A stretch of 59,369 nt of DNA from Candidatus Gottesmanbacteria bacterium (GTDB lineage Bacteria > Patescibacteriota > Microgenomatia > UBA10105 > UBA927). Both the position numbers and the translations under genes were made by a program. Location: NCBI GenBank assembly GCA_043798445.1, contig JAZDOQ010000016.1, positions 1 to 59,369 of the forward strand. Direction: 5' to 3'. This document shows, piece by piece, positions 1 through 9,663 of the stretch; position 1 is the stretch's first letter, and every line of letters begins with the position of its first letter. A model generated the notes under the pieces. That model was not told the DNA's origin. It did no database searches and saw only the letters and a program-made list of their open reading frames with translations.

Positions 1-780
1 GGACAATTTTTATCCAACATTAGGGACGTATATTTTCGTTTATTCGCCCGTCTTATCATGCGTATTCCAGATAAAGGAATGTTAGGAAATTTGACGCCGA
101 AAATTCAGGATATATGGACTACATGGTCGTGGTTTCTTGCAATTTGTTCCGGAATCGTACTTGTTATACGTACGCTGAAAGCATGGAATGCACGTATCTT
201 TGTTATATTCCTTGTTTGGCTGATCGTACCGCTTTTCTTTTTTGGAGTCTACAAAAAGTCTATCTATGATTATTATTTTGGTATCTTTTTTCCATTACCA
301 TTTTTCTTAACCGCTCTGTTTATTGATAGCGTAATGAAGATAAAAAAAATAGGTATGGTTATTGGTGGTGCTGTTGTTATTGCTCTTGCTGTATGGAATT
401 GGCAAGGCAGACCGTTTATTTACGAACCAAACCATCAATTAGGACAAGTTGAAAGAATATCACAGGAGATTGTCAATCATGCGGATGATAAACCATTCAA
501 TTTTGCCCTCATCACTGGTGGAAATTCTGATCATGCGTATCGCTACTTTTTTGAAATATGGAATAAAAAACCCGTTGTTATCGAAAATGCAGTTGTCGAT
601 CCGGAGAGAAAAACCGTAACGGGTCAACTCCTGATTGTTTGTGAAGACATTTTTTGTCAGCCGCTTGGAAACTCGTTGTGGGAGGTTGCCGGTTTTGGAA
701 GAGCAGAAATAGCTGGTGTTTGGGACATCTCTGTTGTTAAAATATATAAGCTCACTCATTATGTGGAGCCAACACCATGA
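1..780 (+). CDS. C-terminal part of a polytopic membrane protein whose 5' end lies upstream of the window. Putative GT-C-type glycosyltransferase of the same unnamed family as 38597..40093 and 44199..45677.
   Basis: Frame 1 is open from nt 1, with no stop before the ATG at 58. Hydrophobic helices (WSWFLAICSGIVLVI, IFVIFLVWLIVPLFFF, FFPLPFFLTALFI, VIGGAVVIALAVW) are followed by a soluble tail of about 130 aa, as in the two paralogues. ATGA overlap with the next gene. Confidence 0.6.
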   Translation, partial: GQFLSNIRDVYFRLFARLIMRIPDKGMLGNLTPKIQDIWTTWSWFLAICSGIVLVIRTLKAWNARIFVIFLVWLIVPLFFFGVYKKSIYDYYFGIFFPLPFFLTALFIDSVMKIKKIGMVIGGAVVIALAVWNWQGRPFIYEPNHQLGQVERISQEIVNHADDKPFNFALITGGNSDHAYRYFFEIWNKKPVVIENAVVDPERKTVTGQLLIVCEDIFCQPLGNSLWEVAGFGRAEIAGVWDISVVKIYKLTHYVEPTP

Positions 781-1535
781 CACAACCCTTTTTATCAGTC
801 GTCATTCCTGCGTATAACGAAGAAACAAATATCCGATTGGGTGCGTTTGAAAAAGTTGCCCGATATCTTGACAGTCAAGCATATACATGGGAAGTGATTA
901 TTGTTGATGATGGATCATCCGATAGAACAGGAATGTTGACAGAAGAATTTATTGAGCATAATAATCATTTCTCCCTTGTGAAAAATCCGCATCAGGGAAA
1001 GGCAGCAACCGTGATGACCGGCATGATGAAGGCGTGTGGAGAAATTGTCCTGTTTAGTGATCTTGATCAGGCAACACCCTTAAAAGAAGTAGAAAAAATA
1101 TTGCCTTGGTTTGAAAAAGGCTGTGATGTTGTCATTGGATCAAGAAAAGGAAAACGGGAAGGAGCGCCTCTCCTTCGAAGATTTATGGCACGGGGATTTA
1201 TGATACTTCGAACAGTTGTTTTGGGACTGAGGGGGATTTCTGACACTCAATGTGGTTTTAAGGCGTTTAGACAACAAGTAGCACGGGATATTTTTCAGCA
1301 TTTGTCATTATACGGAAAACAAAAAATAGTGAGCGGTGCCATGGTGACGGCCGGATTTGATATAGAAGTGTTATTTTTGGCAAAAATGCTTGGATATAAA
1401 ATTAAAGAAATTCCGGTTGAATGGCATTATGTGGAAACGCGGAGAGTCAATCCGATTAAAGACTCATGGGAAGGACTCATGGATATTGTACATATTCGAA
1501 TAAATGCATGGAAAGGCGTTTATCGGAAAGGGTAA
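777..1535 (+). CDS. GT2 glycosyltransferase, DPM1/ALG5-like polyprenyl-phosphate hexosyltransferase
   Basis: GT-A motifs VVIPAYNEE, VDDGSSD, DLDQAT and DTQCGFKAF. About 250 aa with no TM helix, the layout of polyprenyl-phosphate sugar synthases. Confidence 0.75.
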   Translation: MTQPFLSVVIPAYNEETNIRLGAFEKVARYLDSQAYTWEVIIVDDGSSDRTGMLTEEFIEHNNHFSLVKNPHQGKAATVMTGMMKACGEIVLFSDLDQATPLKEVEKILPWFEKGCDVVIGSRKGKREGAPLLRRFMARGFMILRTVVLGLRGISDTQCGFKAFRQQVARDIFQHLSLYGKQKIVSGAMVTAGFDIEVLFLAKMLGYKIKEIPVEWHYVETRRVNPIKDSWEGLMDIVHIRINAWKGVYRKG

Positions 1536-1541
1536 TGAGAT

Positions 1542-2711
1542 ATGAATACGCGGTATACGCTTTTTGGGCGCATTCTTGCTATTTGTTATGGCCTTGCTTC
1601 TGTATTACTTTTTGTATATTCCTACACACAGGTTGATTTAGGATTAACGCTCACTTCGGTAAGTATTTGGCAGTCAATCCAAAAGTGGTTTCAACACATT
1701 GGGTATTTTAATCGGCCGTTATCAACGGGTATATATTTGGGAATTCTTGCCGTATTTTTTTCCCTGTACATTGTTACGATTATTGCAATTCATAAAAAAA
1801 GATTGACAAGTAAAGATTTGTGGCTGATTATCGGGACTGTTGTTGTCGGCACGGTTTTGTCGTATCCGGCATTTTCCTACGATTTATTTAATCACATGTT
1901 TACGGCAAAAACTGTGCTTATTTATCACAAAAATCCGTATGAAGTAATACCGCTTCAATTTGCAGGTGTTGATCCGTGGTTGGCATTCATGCATTGGACA
2001 CACGTGAGAAGTATATACAGCCCTTTGTGGATACTCGCAACACTGCCACCGTATTTTTTTGGCTTTGGGTATTTACTTTTAATTATGTGGAACTTCAAAG
2101 TTTTGCTGGCTGCCTCGTATATTCTTGCCGTATGGGCAATTGGAAAAATACTGGAGCTAGATCGATCTGAAAAACGTTTATTTGGGATGGCGGTGTTCGC
2201 TCTTAATCCACTCGTCATTATTGAGTCTTTAGTAAGTGCGCATAACGATATATTAATGATGGCGCTAGCAGTGTTGGCTATCTATCTGTTTAGCAAAAAA
2301 GGGAAAATCGCTTCATTATTTGTTCTTTCGCTTTCTATTGCGACAAAATTAATGACTATATGTCTTCTTCCGGTATGGCTTTTGGGATGGAAACGATGGA
2401 TGGCGTTTCTTGCAATGTGTGTCGGATTGTTCGCATTTTTGACGCAGCGTGAAATCATGTCATGGTACTTCCTTTGGATTTTACCGTTTGTTGCTTTACT
2501 TCCGGACATACAGATATTGACGGTTATTTCTGGTGGTGTCTCTTTAGGTTTATTGCTTCGTTACGCACCATTTCTTTATTACGGTCATTGGAATGATCCT
2601 GTGCCTGCGATGAAGCTTTGGACGACCTATGTTCCTATAGCTGTGTCCATCGTACTATCGCTTATTCTTTATCTTTTAAAGCGTAAAAAGGCAACTCATC
2701 AGTTTTCGTAA
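1542..2711 (+). CDS. Polytopic membrane protein, putative GT-C glycosyltransferase (DUF2029/PimE- or Gpi18-like)
   Basis: About 10 hydrophobic helices. Loop motifs FSYDLFNHMFTAK..NPY..YSPLW and SAHNDILMMALAVLAIYLF. Clear paralogue of 43060..44202. Family assignment is from memory of the motifs only. Confidence 0.55.
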   Translation: MNTRYTLFGRILAICYGLASVLLFVYSYTQVDLGLTLTSVSIWQSIQKWFQHIGYFNRPLSTGIYLGILAVFFSLYIVTIIAIHKKRLTSKDLWLIIGTVVVGTVLSYPAFSYDLFNHMFTAKTVLIYHKNPYEVIPLQFAGVDPWLAFMHWTHVRSIYSPLWILATLPPYFFGFGYLLLIMWNFKVLLAASYILAVWAIGKILELDRSEKRLFGMAVFALNPLVIIESLVSAHNDILMMALAVLAIYLFSKKGKIASLFVLSLSIATKLMTICLLPVWLLGWKRWMAFLAMCVGLFAFLTQREIMSWYFLWILPFVALLPDIQILTVISGGVSLGLLLRYAPFLYYGHWNDPVPAMKLWTTYVPIAVSIVLSLILYLLKRKKATHQFS

Positions 2712-2744
2712 ACCCATTTGTTTGATAGGGTTTGTTCCGCTATA

Positions 2745-4259
2745 ATGAATCTCATGGTGATCCGTAAACTTGCCAGAAGTCCTATAGTGTGGTTATTAAT
2801 AGTACTTGGTATATACATAATCTCCAGATTCATAAACCTTACAGCGCTTCCAATCTTCACAGATGAAGCTATTTATATCAGATGGTCTCAAATTGGAAGT
2901 AATGATGCCGGATGGCGGTTTATTTCCTTAACCGACGGTAAGCAGCCATTTTTTACATGGCTTATGATGGCTTCATTGCGATTATTTACGGATCCTTTAT
3001 TTGCTGGACGGTTTGTATCAGTGATCGCTGGAGTGTTTAGCACGATAGGTTTATATATATTAAGCAAAGAATTATTTCATAAAAAATATATCGGTTTGAT
3101 CGCAAGTATTCTGTACGTGTTGTCGCCATTTGCGTATATGTATGATCGTTTAGCAATTTATGATGCATGGGTCGCAACATTTTCGATTTGGAATTTGTAT
3201 CTTGCTATACTTCTCGTTCGAAAAATGCGGCTTGATGTTGCTCTTATTTTTGGTCTGACGCTCGGGGTGGGAATGCTCAATAAAACTTCAGCGTTCTTAA
3301 GTTTATACTTATTGCCGGCAACAATTGTTTTATTTGACTTTAAACAAAACAAGAAGATACAGAAAATAATAAAATGGGCAGGATTGTGCGTGCTCGCTGC
3401 TTTGATGTCACAGATTGTCTACAGCATTCTTCGATTATCGCCATTTTTCTATATAATCTCCCAGAAGGATGCGCTTTTCGTATATCCATTAAGGGAATGG
3501 ATTATTCACCCATTCACCTTCTTTCAGGGGAATCTTCATGGACTATTTGATTGGCTTATTAATTATTTAACGTGGCCAATGTGTGTTGTGGTAATTGCTT
3601 CGTTACTTTTTCCAAAGAAACAATATTTAGAAAAATTATTGCTTATTATGTGGTGGTTAGCTCCATTTACAGCACTTGCGTTATTTGGTCGTGTGTTATA
3701 CCCCAGATTTATTTTTTTTATGACCATGCCGTTATTAGTGTTAGCTGCTAATTTTATTGATTGGTGTGTGACATCAGTGCGACCGGTATTTCTTAAATGG
3801 GTCATAATTGTTGCGTGCTGTTTGCCTTCCGCCATATTGTCTTACCAAATGATGACCGATATTAAAACAGCACCCATACCAGTATCAGAAAGAGGACAGT
3901 ATGTCAGTGATTGGCCATCAGGATGGGGAACAAATGAAGTCGTGGCGTTTTTAAAAGAAGAGTCTCGTAATAAACCAATTGCGGTATATACAGAAGGAAC
4001 ATTCGGTTTATTTCCATATGCGCTTGAGATTTATCTTTGGGAAAACAAAAATGTCGAGATTTTTGGTCTCTGGCCACTTGAAAAAACATTGCCGGATGCA
4101 ATGAGAAAAAGTGTTCTTGAGAAAGACACCTATTTTGTTTCAAACTTTACGCAAAGCAAAATAGATTGGCCGCTTCAATTCATCGCAGAATATCAAAAGG
4201 GGACAAACCAACAAACACATATGCGTTTGTACAAGGTTGAGCTCCCGAAAGAACAATAA
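2745..4259 (+). CDS. GT-C glycosyltransferase, ArnT/PMT_2 (GT39/GT83)-like
   Basis: First-loop acidic motif IFTDEAIYIRW, multi-TM N-terminal region and a soluble C-terminal domain of about 110 aa. Start is uncertain: TTG 2718, ATG 2745 or ATG 2754. Confidence 0.7.
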   Translation: MNLMVIRKLARSPIVWLLIVLGIYIISRFINLTALPIFTDEAIYIRWSQIGSNDAGWRFISLTDGKQPFFTWLMMASLRLFTDPLFAGRFVSVIAGVFSTIGLYILSKELFHKKYIGLIASILYVLSPFAYMYDRLAIYDAWVATFSIWNLYLAILLVRKMRLDVALIFGLTLGVGMLNKTSAFLSLYLLPATIVLFDFKQNKKIQKIIKWAGLCVLAALMSQIVYSILRLSPFFYIISQKDALFVYPLREWIIHPFTFFQGNLHGLFDWLINYLTWPMCVVVIASLLFPKKQYLEKLLLIMWWLAPFTALALFGRVLYPRFIFFMTMPLLVLAANFIDWCVTSVRPVFLKWVIIVACCLPSAILSYQMMTDIKTAPIPVSERGQYVSDWPSGWGTNEVVAFLKEESRNKPIAVYTEGTFGLFPYALEIYLWENKNVEIFGLWPLEKTLPDAMRKSVLEKDTYFVSNFTQSKIDWPLQFIAEYQKGTNQQTHMRLYKVELPKEQ

Positions 4260-4266
4260 GACTTCT

Positions 4267-5820
4267 ATGGAGAAAAAAACCATACATGTAATTGGTTGGA
4301 CTCTATTACTTGTTATCCTTGGTTTTATCGTACTTTTGCCTATCTTAAAACCGGGATTCTTGATTACTGATGATGGAAATTGGATGGTAATTCGATTATC
4401 CGCGTTTTATCAAAGTTTACGGGAAGGACAATTTCCAGTTCGATTCTTGGGAAGACTGAATCAAAGCTACGGATACCCGGTTGCTAATTTTCTCTATCCA
4501 GGGTTCTTATATATCGGCAGCCTCCTTCATATTATTGGATTTTCTTTCTCTACATCAGTCGAAGTCATTCAAATAGGATCCATACTCATTGGGGCAATCG
4601 CCCTGTTTTTCTGGTTAAAGCATTTTTTTAGTACAAACGCAAGTGGAATTGGTGCGATATCCTTTTTGTTTATGCCCTATGTTCTTTATGATGTGTTCAA
4701 ACGGGGGTCTGTAGGCGAAGTATTATCAATTGGAATGAGCACGGTGGTTTTATATGCGATTGAGTCGAAGCGTCATTGGTTACTCAGTCCTGCCGTTGCG
4801 CTTCTTGCCATTAGTCATAACACCCTTGCATTGTTTTTTTTGCCGATATTTGGGGCATATATCTTATTGAAAAAATATTGGACACTCATACCGTCATTTA
4901 TTATCGGTGTCGGAATGTCCTTGTTTTTTTGGCTGCCTGTATTTTTTGAACGAAATGTTGTGCTTTTTAATAATGTTGTTATTTCTCATCCAGGAGATTT
5001 TTTTCCAGTGAGCAACAAGTTAATTTTATACAGTGTTCCATTTCTTATCGCTGCTGGTGTTTCACTCGTTTCAAAAACAAAGAAATACAAAAAAGAACAA
5101 TGGTTCTTTCTTGCACTACTCGGCATGGGATTATTTTTCGCAACCAGAGCAAGCGGATTTTTATGGCGGATTCCTGACTTCGTTAAATTTGTTCAGTTTC
5201 CATATCGGTGGTTAGCATTATGGGTGTTTGCGGGTCCATGGCTTATCGCTCGTTTAGTAAACGATGGGAAAAAAGTGACGCATCGAGTAGTAACCGCAAT
5301 ATTTATTTGCACGTTTGTTGTGTTGTGGATTCCATATTTAAAATCAGATAGTGTTATTCAAAACGAGGGTTTTTTTACGACCAATGAGGGAACAACAACA
5401 GTGGCTGATGAATATATGCCTAAATGGGCAAGTAAAAAAATGGATACCCGAGCGAATAAAAGAGTCGAGTTTTATTCAGGCGCTGGGGATATACGCACAA
5501 TAAAAGTAACAACCCAGACGGTTAACGTTGAACTAGTGGTTACAGAACCAAGCATTTTACAGATTAATACGTTGTATTATCCCGGTTGGGGAGCAATGTT
5601 AGATAATATAAAGGTTCCTATTATTCATGACAATTCTTATGGACTTATGCGAGTTAACGTTCCTGCAGGAACACATCATTTGTTGGTTGAGTTTCGAGAA
5701 ACAGTAAGCAGATTTATGGCAGACGGGTTAAGTGTAGCATTTGGCGTTTTGTATTTTATTGCTCTTATTGCATCGTTTGTAGTTTTGAAGAAAAAGAAAG
5801 TGAATAAACAAAAGAAATAA
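4267..5820 (+). CDS. Polytopic membrane protein of the PTPS-related / COG5617 family, putative GT-C-like glycosyltransferase
   Basis: Motifs TDDGNW, LREGQFPVRF, SYGYPVANFLYPGF and FVQFPYRWL. C-terminal LYYPGWGAMLD..VPAGTHHLLVEF, then a terminal TM and a Lys-rich tail. ATG 4267 is preferred over TTG 4237, which overlaps the upstream gene. Confidence 0.65.
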   Translation: MEKKTIHVIGWTLLLVILGFIVLLPILKPGFLITDDGNWMVIRLSAFYQSLREGQFPVRFLGRLNQSYGYPVANFLYPGFLYIGSLLHIIGFSFSTSVEVIQIGSILIGAIALFFWLKHFFSTNASGIGAISFLFMPYVLYDVFKRGSVGEVLSIGMSTVVLYAIESKRHWLLSPAVALLAISHNTLALFFLPIFGAYILLKKYWTLIPSFIIGVGMSLFFWLPVFFERNVVLFNNVVISHPGDFFPVSNKLILYSVPFLIAAGVSLVSKTKKYKKEQWFFLALLGMGLFFATRASGFLWRIPDFVKFVQFPYRWLALWVFAGPWLIARLVNDGKKVTHRVVTAIFICTFVVLWIPYLKSDSVIQNEGFFTTNEGTTTVADEYMPKWASKKMDTRANKRVEFYSGAGDIRTIKVTTQTVNVELVVTEPSILQINTLYYPGWGAMLDNIKVPIIHDNSYGLMRVNVPAGTHHLLVEFRETVSRFMADGLSVAFGVLYFIALIASFVVLKKKKVNKQKK

Positions 5821-5826
5821 AAGAAT

Positions 5827-7503
5827 ATGAAAAAAATTATTGGTGTTATCTGTATTTTGATTTTATCGTTCATGGCAGTGAAACCGCTTTTTTCTTCCGG
5901 CTATTTTCCGATGCATGATGATACACAGGTGGCGCGCGTTGTTGTGATGGGGAAAGCGCTGCAACAAGGGCAGTTTCCGGTCCGGTGGGTGTCAGATCTC
6001 GGGTATGGATACGGCTATCCGCTTTTTAACTTCTACGGTCCGCTTCCATATTATATAGGCGGTGGACTGTATGCATTAGGTGTTGATAGCGTTTTGGCAA
6101 CAAAAATCATGTTTGGCATCGGTATGGTGCTTGCACCAATAGCGTTGTTTTTACTGGTAAATTCAATGCTTGGTTTTTTTGCCGCAATAACAGCAAGCAT
6201 GCTATTTTTATACGCACCCTATCATGCGATAGAAGTCTATATTAGAGGATCAGTTGGTGAGTATTGGGCGATCGCATTTGTACCGCTTCTTTTATATGGA
6301 TTGATAATGAGTGTTCAAAAGAAACAGGTCTTGAATGGAATTATTATCGGCGGTTTGTCGCTTGCAGCAGTTGTGTTGTCACACACCATTCTCGGATTTG
6401 TTACGTCTGTATTATTAGGCCTAGGTTTATTGCTGTATTGGGGAACACTGATGATACAGAAAAAACTACATTTTTTTTCTTTTATCAGTCCAATGAAGCT
6501 CATTCTTCTGGGTCTTGGTTTATCAGCATTTTTTTGGCTTCCTGCCTTAATGGAATTATCCGCGACATCCGTATCACAGATGGTGGTAAATGCGGGTACA
6601 AATTTTTTTGACCATTTCATTTGTATAGGTCAATTATGGAATTCCCCGTGGGGATATGCAGGATCTGCACCTGGGTGCGTTGATGGGATGTCGTTTAAGT
6701 TTGGGAAAGTGCAAGTTGTTGCCTTTGTGGTTTCCTTTATTGCCTGGTTACTGTTCCAAAAGAAACATGATATGAAGCGAAAAAATGTATTCATGGTGGT
6801 AAGCATGTTGGGAGTAGTTGTTAGTGTTTTTCTCATGCTTAAGATTTCTGCTCCCGTATGGCGACTTATTCCTTTTACTTCATTTATCCAATATCCATGG
6901 AGACTGTTAACATTCGGCATGATGTGTATTGCGATTTGTGGCGCATACATTGTCAGCACGCCACGCATGCCGATTGTGCGCATTGGACTTATGCTTGGAA
7001 TCGTGACGCTGACCATTATTGTGAATGCGAAAATATTTGTTCCACAATATACGTACATGCGCGACTCAAACGCGTTTGAAACGGTAGAGGAGCTGCGATA
7101 CACAAAGTCAAAAATTTCTGATGAATATTTACCGCCTGGAATTATTAAACCAAAAATTGCTTCTGACATTGTCAAAACCGCATTTCAAGGGGAAGATGTG
7201 TTTTTGGTAAAGGTCTTGAAAGAAAAAGATACATCATTGTATATAGAGCTTGAGAGTGCTGCCGCTCAGAACATATCGGTTCAAAAAGCCTGGTTTCCGG
7301 GTTGGAAGATTACCGTGAATGGAAAACAGGTAACCCCGATTGTTAAACAAGGCTTCCCCTCCGTGAATATACCCGGTGGAATGAGTATAATACAGATGCA
7401 GTTTATCGATACGCCTGTGCGGATACTCGGAAATATTTTGAGTATTTGTTCAGTTATTATTATAGGAGTGCTTTATGTCTATGGAAAAAAAGCCAACACT
7501 TAA
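5827..7503 (+). CDS. Polytopic membrane protein of the PTPS-related / COG5617 family, tandem paralogue of 4267..5820
   Basis: Motifs PMHDDTQVARV, QQGQFPVRWVSDLGYGYGYPLFNFYGPLPYY and IQYPWRLL. C-terminal AWFPGWKITVNG, then a terminal TM. Confidence 0.7.
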   Translation: MKKIIGVICILILSFMAVKPLFSSGYFPMHDDTQVARVVVMGKALQQGQFPVRWVSDLGYGYGYPLFNFYGPLPYYIGGGLYALGVDSVLATKIMFGIGMVLAPIALFLLVNSMLGFFAAITASMLFLYAPYHAIEVYIRGSVGEYWAIAFVPLLLYGLIMSVQKKQVLNGIIIGGLSLAAVVLSHTILGFVTSVLLGLGLLLYWGTLMIQKKLHFFSFISPMKLILLGLGLSAFFWLPALMELSATSVSQMVVNAGTNFFDHFICIGQLWNSPWGYAGSAPGCVDGMSFKFGKVQVVAFVVSFIAWLLFQKKHDMKRKNVFMVVSMLGVVVSVFLMLKISAPVWRLIPFTSFIQYPWRLLTFGMMCIAICGAYIVSTPRMPIVRIGLMLGIVTLTIIVNAKIFVPQYTYMRDSNAFETVEELRYTKSKISDEYLPPGIIKPKIASDIVKTAFQGEDVFLVKVLKEKDTSLYIELESAAAQNISVQKAWFPGWKITVNGKQVTPIVKQGFPSVNIPGGMSIIQMQFIDTPVRILGNILSICSVIIIGVLYVYGKKANT

Positions 7504-8230
7504 TATCGTTATTCCTGTTTACAATGAAGAAGCGGAACTCGAAAGCCATACAGAGACGCTGATAGGATTTCTTAAGTCATATCTTACTGATTTTGATTGG
7601 ATGATTACTATTGCAAATAATGCTTCAACGGATGAAACGCTTACCATTGCCCGTCGGTTAGCAAAAAAATACCAGAGCGTGCACGTTCTTCACTTGGATC
7701 AAAAAGGCAGAGGACGAGCAGTAAAAAGAGCATGGCTTGAAACAAAAGCGGACGTCCACTGTTATATGGATGTTGATTTATCAACGGATCTTAAACACCT
7801 TCCCCCACTTGTCAGGTCACTGCTTCGAGGATATGACATTGCTATTGGATCACGGAATGCGAAGAACTCGAGAGTGTATGGAAGAAGCCCTCTTCGGACA
7901 CTTACCTCGAAAACGTATATTACCCTCATTAAACTTGTCTTTTGGGTGAAATTTGGCGATGCGCAATGCGGATTTAAGGCAATCACTGATGAAGCAGCAC
8001 AAGCACTTTTGCCGCATGTTGTTGATAACGCATGGTTTTTTGATTCGGAACTTCTGATTATTGCAGAGAAACTTGGGTACCGGATTTATGAAGAGCCCGT
8101 GACATGGATAGATAATCCCGGATCAACGGTGCGGGTAATTAAAACTGCTCAAGGGGATATCGAAGGATTGAAGCGATTATTTACCACTAAACCATGGAAA
8201 AAACTGCCTGCACGGTATGGAAGAAATTGA
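7475..8230 (+). CDS. GT2 glycosyltransferase, DPM1/ALG5-like polyprenyl-phosphate hexosyltransferase
   Basis: Motifs NIVIPVYNEE, NNASTDET, DVDLSTD and DAQCGFKAI. About 250 aa, soluble. Confidence 0.75.
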   Translation: MSMEKKPTLNIVIPVYNEEAELESHTETLIGFLKSYLTDFDWMITIANNASTDETLTIARRLAKKYQSVHVLHLDQKGRGRAVKRAWLETKADVHCYMDVDLSTDLKHLPPLVRSLLRGYDIAIGSRNAKNSRVYGRSPLRTLTSKTYITLIKLVFWVKFGDAQCGFKAITDEAAQALLPHVVDNAWFFDSELLIIAEKLGYRIYEEPVTWIDNPGSTVRVIKTAQGDIEGLKRLFTTKPWKKLPARYGRN

Positions 8231-9662
8231 TATCGCAACCATTAAGAAAAAATCGTTAACCGGAATACTTGCTCTCACATCGCGTACATTTTTGCTTCAG
8301 CTCATTGCATTTGGCTCGACGTTTTTGTTAACAATTTTTTTAAACCCAGCGACATTTGGAATTTTTTTCGTTGTCTCAGCAATCATCTCATTTCTTTCGT
8401 ATTTTTCTGACATCGGTCTTGCCGCAGCTTTAATTCAGAAGAAAGAAGTGTTGACGAAAGAAGATCTGGCAACAACATTTACTATTCAGCAGCTTCTTGT
8501 TATACCTTTGAGCATCGTTGTTTTCATTTTTGCCCCAAAGATTGCCAGATTTTACGGATTAGATGAAGCAGGTATTGTTCTGCTTCAGGCACTGGTTATT
8601 TCCTTTTTCTTTTCATCGTTAAAGACCATTCCTTCAGTTTTACTTGAGAGGGAACTCAATTTTAAAAAACTGGTCATCCCGCAGATTGCAGAAACCATTG
8701 GGTTTTATGTAGTTGCGGTATTTTTTGCTTGGAAGGGATTGGGTGTAACGAGTTTTACCTATGCTGTCCTGACGCGGGCAATCATTGGGGTAGTCCTCAT
8801 GTATATTGTTTCTCCCTGGAGGATCCGCATTGGTATTTCAAGATCCGTTGCCAAACGGCTTCTGAAATTTGGCGTGCCGTTTCAACTCAATTCATTCCTG
8901 GCACTTCTCAAAGACGACCTCATGACAGTATTTTTGGGGAAGGTGCTTACATTTACCGAAGTTGGCTATATCGGGTGGGCGAAAAAATGGGCAGAGGTAC
9001 CCTTAAGACTGATTATGGATAGCGTTATTCGGGTTACGTTCCCGGCATTCTCAAGGCTGCAGCAATCAAAAGAGCATTTAGGAAACGCAATCGGAAAGAC
9101 ACTGTTTGGATTGTCAGTAGCGATGGTTCCAATTTCTGTCGGACTTCTTTTCTTTATTGAACCTGCTGTGAAGCTCATTCCAAAATATGGAAAATGGGAA
9201 CCGGCATTATTCTCATTTTTCTTGTTTGTTCTTGCGTCAATCTTAGCTGGTTTTTCAACGCCTCTGACCAACGCCTTAAATGCTGTTGGAAAAATCAAAA
9301 CAACGCTTTCTTTGATGGTTTTTTGGACGATTGCAACATGGGTGTTAACGATAACGATGATTCAATTCTTTGGATATAACGGAGTTGCCATAGCACTTCT
9401 TATGTTAACGTCGACGCTTGGTATTGTCGTGATGCTTGCAAAGAGAGTCGCATCATTTTCGTTTATTGATAGTATCAAATGGCCGCTTGCAGCTGGTTTG
9501 GTACAAGCAGGGTGGTATGCAGCAGTTCGTGGAGTAGCGCCATACAACTTGCCACGGTTGGTTACCATCGGTTTAGTGGGTGTTATACTCTATGTAACCA
9601 TTGTATGGTTGACCCAAAGGCGAAGAATTATGGATATGATTAGGATTTCAAAGGAGAAATAA
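8217..9662 (+). CDS. Wzx-like polysaccharide/oligosaccharide flippase (MOP superfamily)
   Basis: 481 aa, hydrophobic throughout with about 12-14 helices. N-terminal pattern LTGILALTSRTFLLQLIAFGSTFLLTIFLNPATFG is typical of polysaccharide biosynthesis (Wzx) proteins. Confidence 0.65.
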   Translation: MEEIDIATIKKKSLTGILALTSRTFLLQLIAFGSTFLLTIFLNPATFGIFFVVSAIISFLSYFSDIGLAAALIQKKEVLTKEDLATTFTIQQLLVIPLSIVVFIFAPKIARFYGLDEAGIVLLQALVISFFFSSLKTIPSVLLERELNFKKLVIPQIAETIGFYVVAVFFAWKGLGVTSFTYAVLTRAIIGVVLMYIVSPWRIRIGISRSVAKRLLKFGVPFQLNSFLALLKDDLMTVFLGKVLTFTEVGYIGWAKKWAEVPLRLIMDSVIRVTFPAFSRLQQSKEHLGNAIGKTLFGLSVAMVPISVGLLFFIEPAVKLIPKYGKWEPALFSFFLFVLASILAGFSTPLTNALNAVGKIKTTLSLMVFWTIATWVLTITMIQFFGYNGVAIALLMLTSTLGIVVMLAKRVASFSFIDSIKWPLAAGLVQAGWYAAVRGVAPYNLPRLVTIGLVGVILYVTIVWLTQRRRIMDMIRISKEK

Positions 9663-9663
9663 T

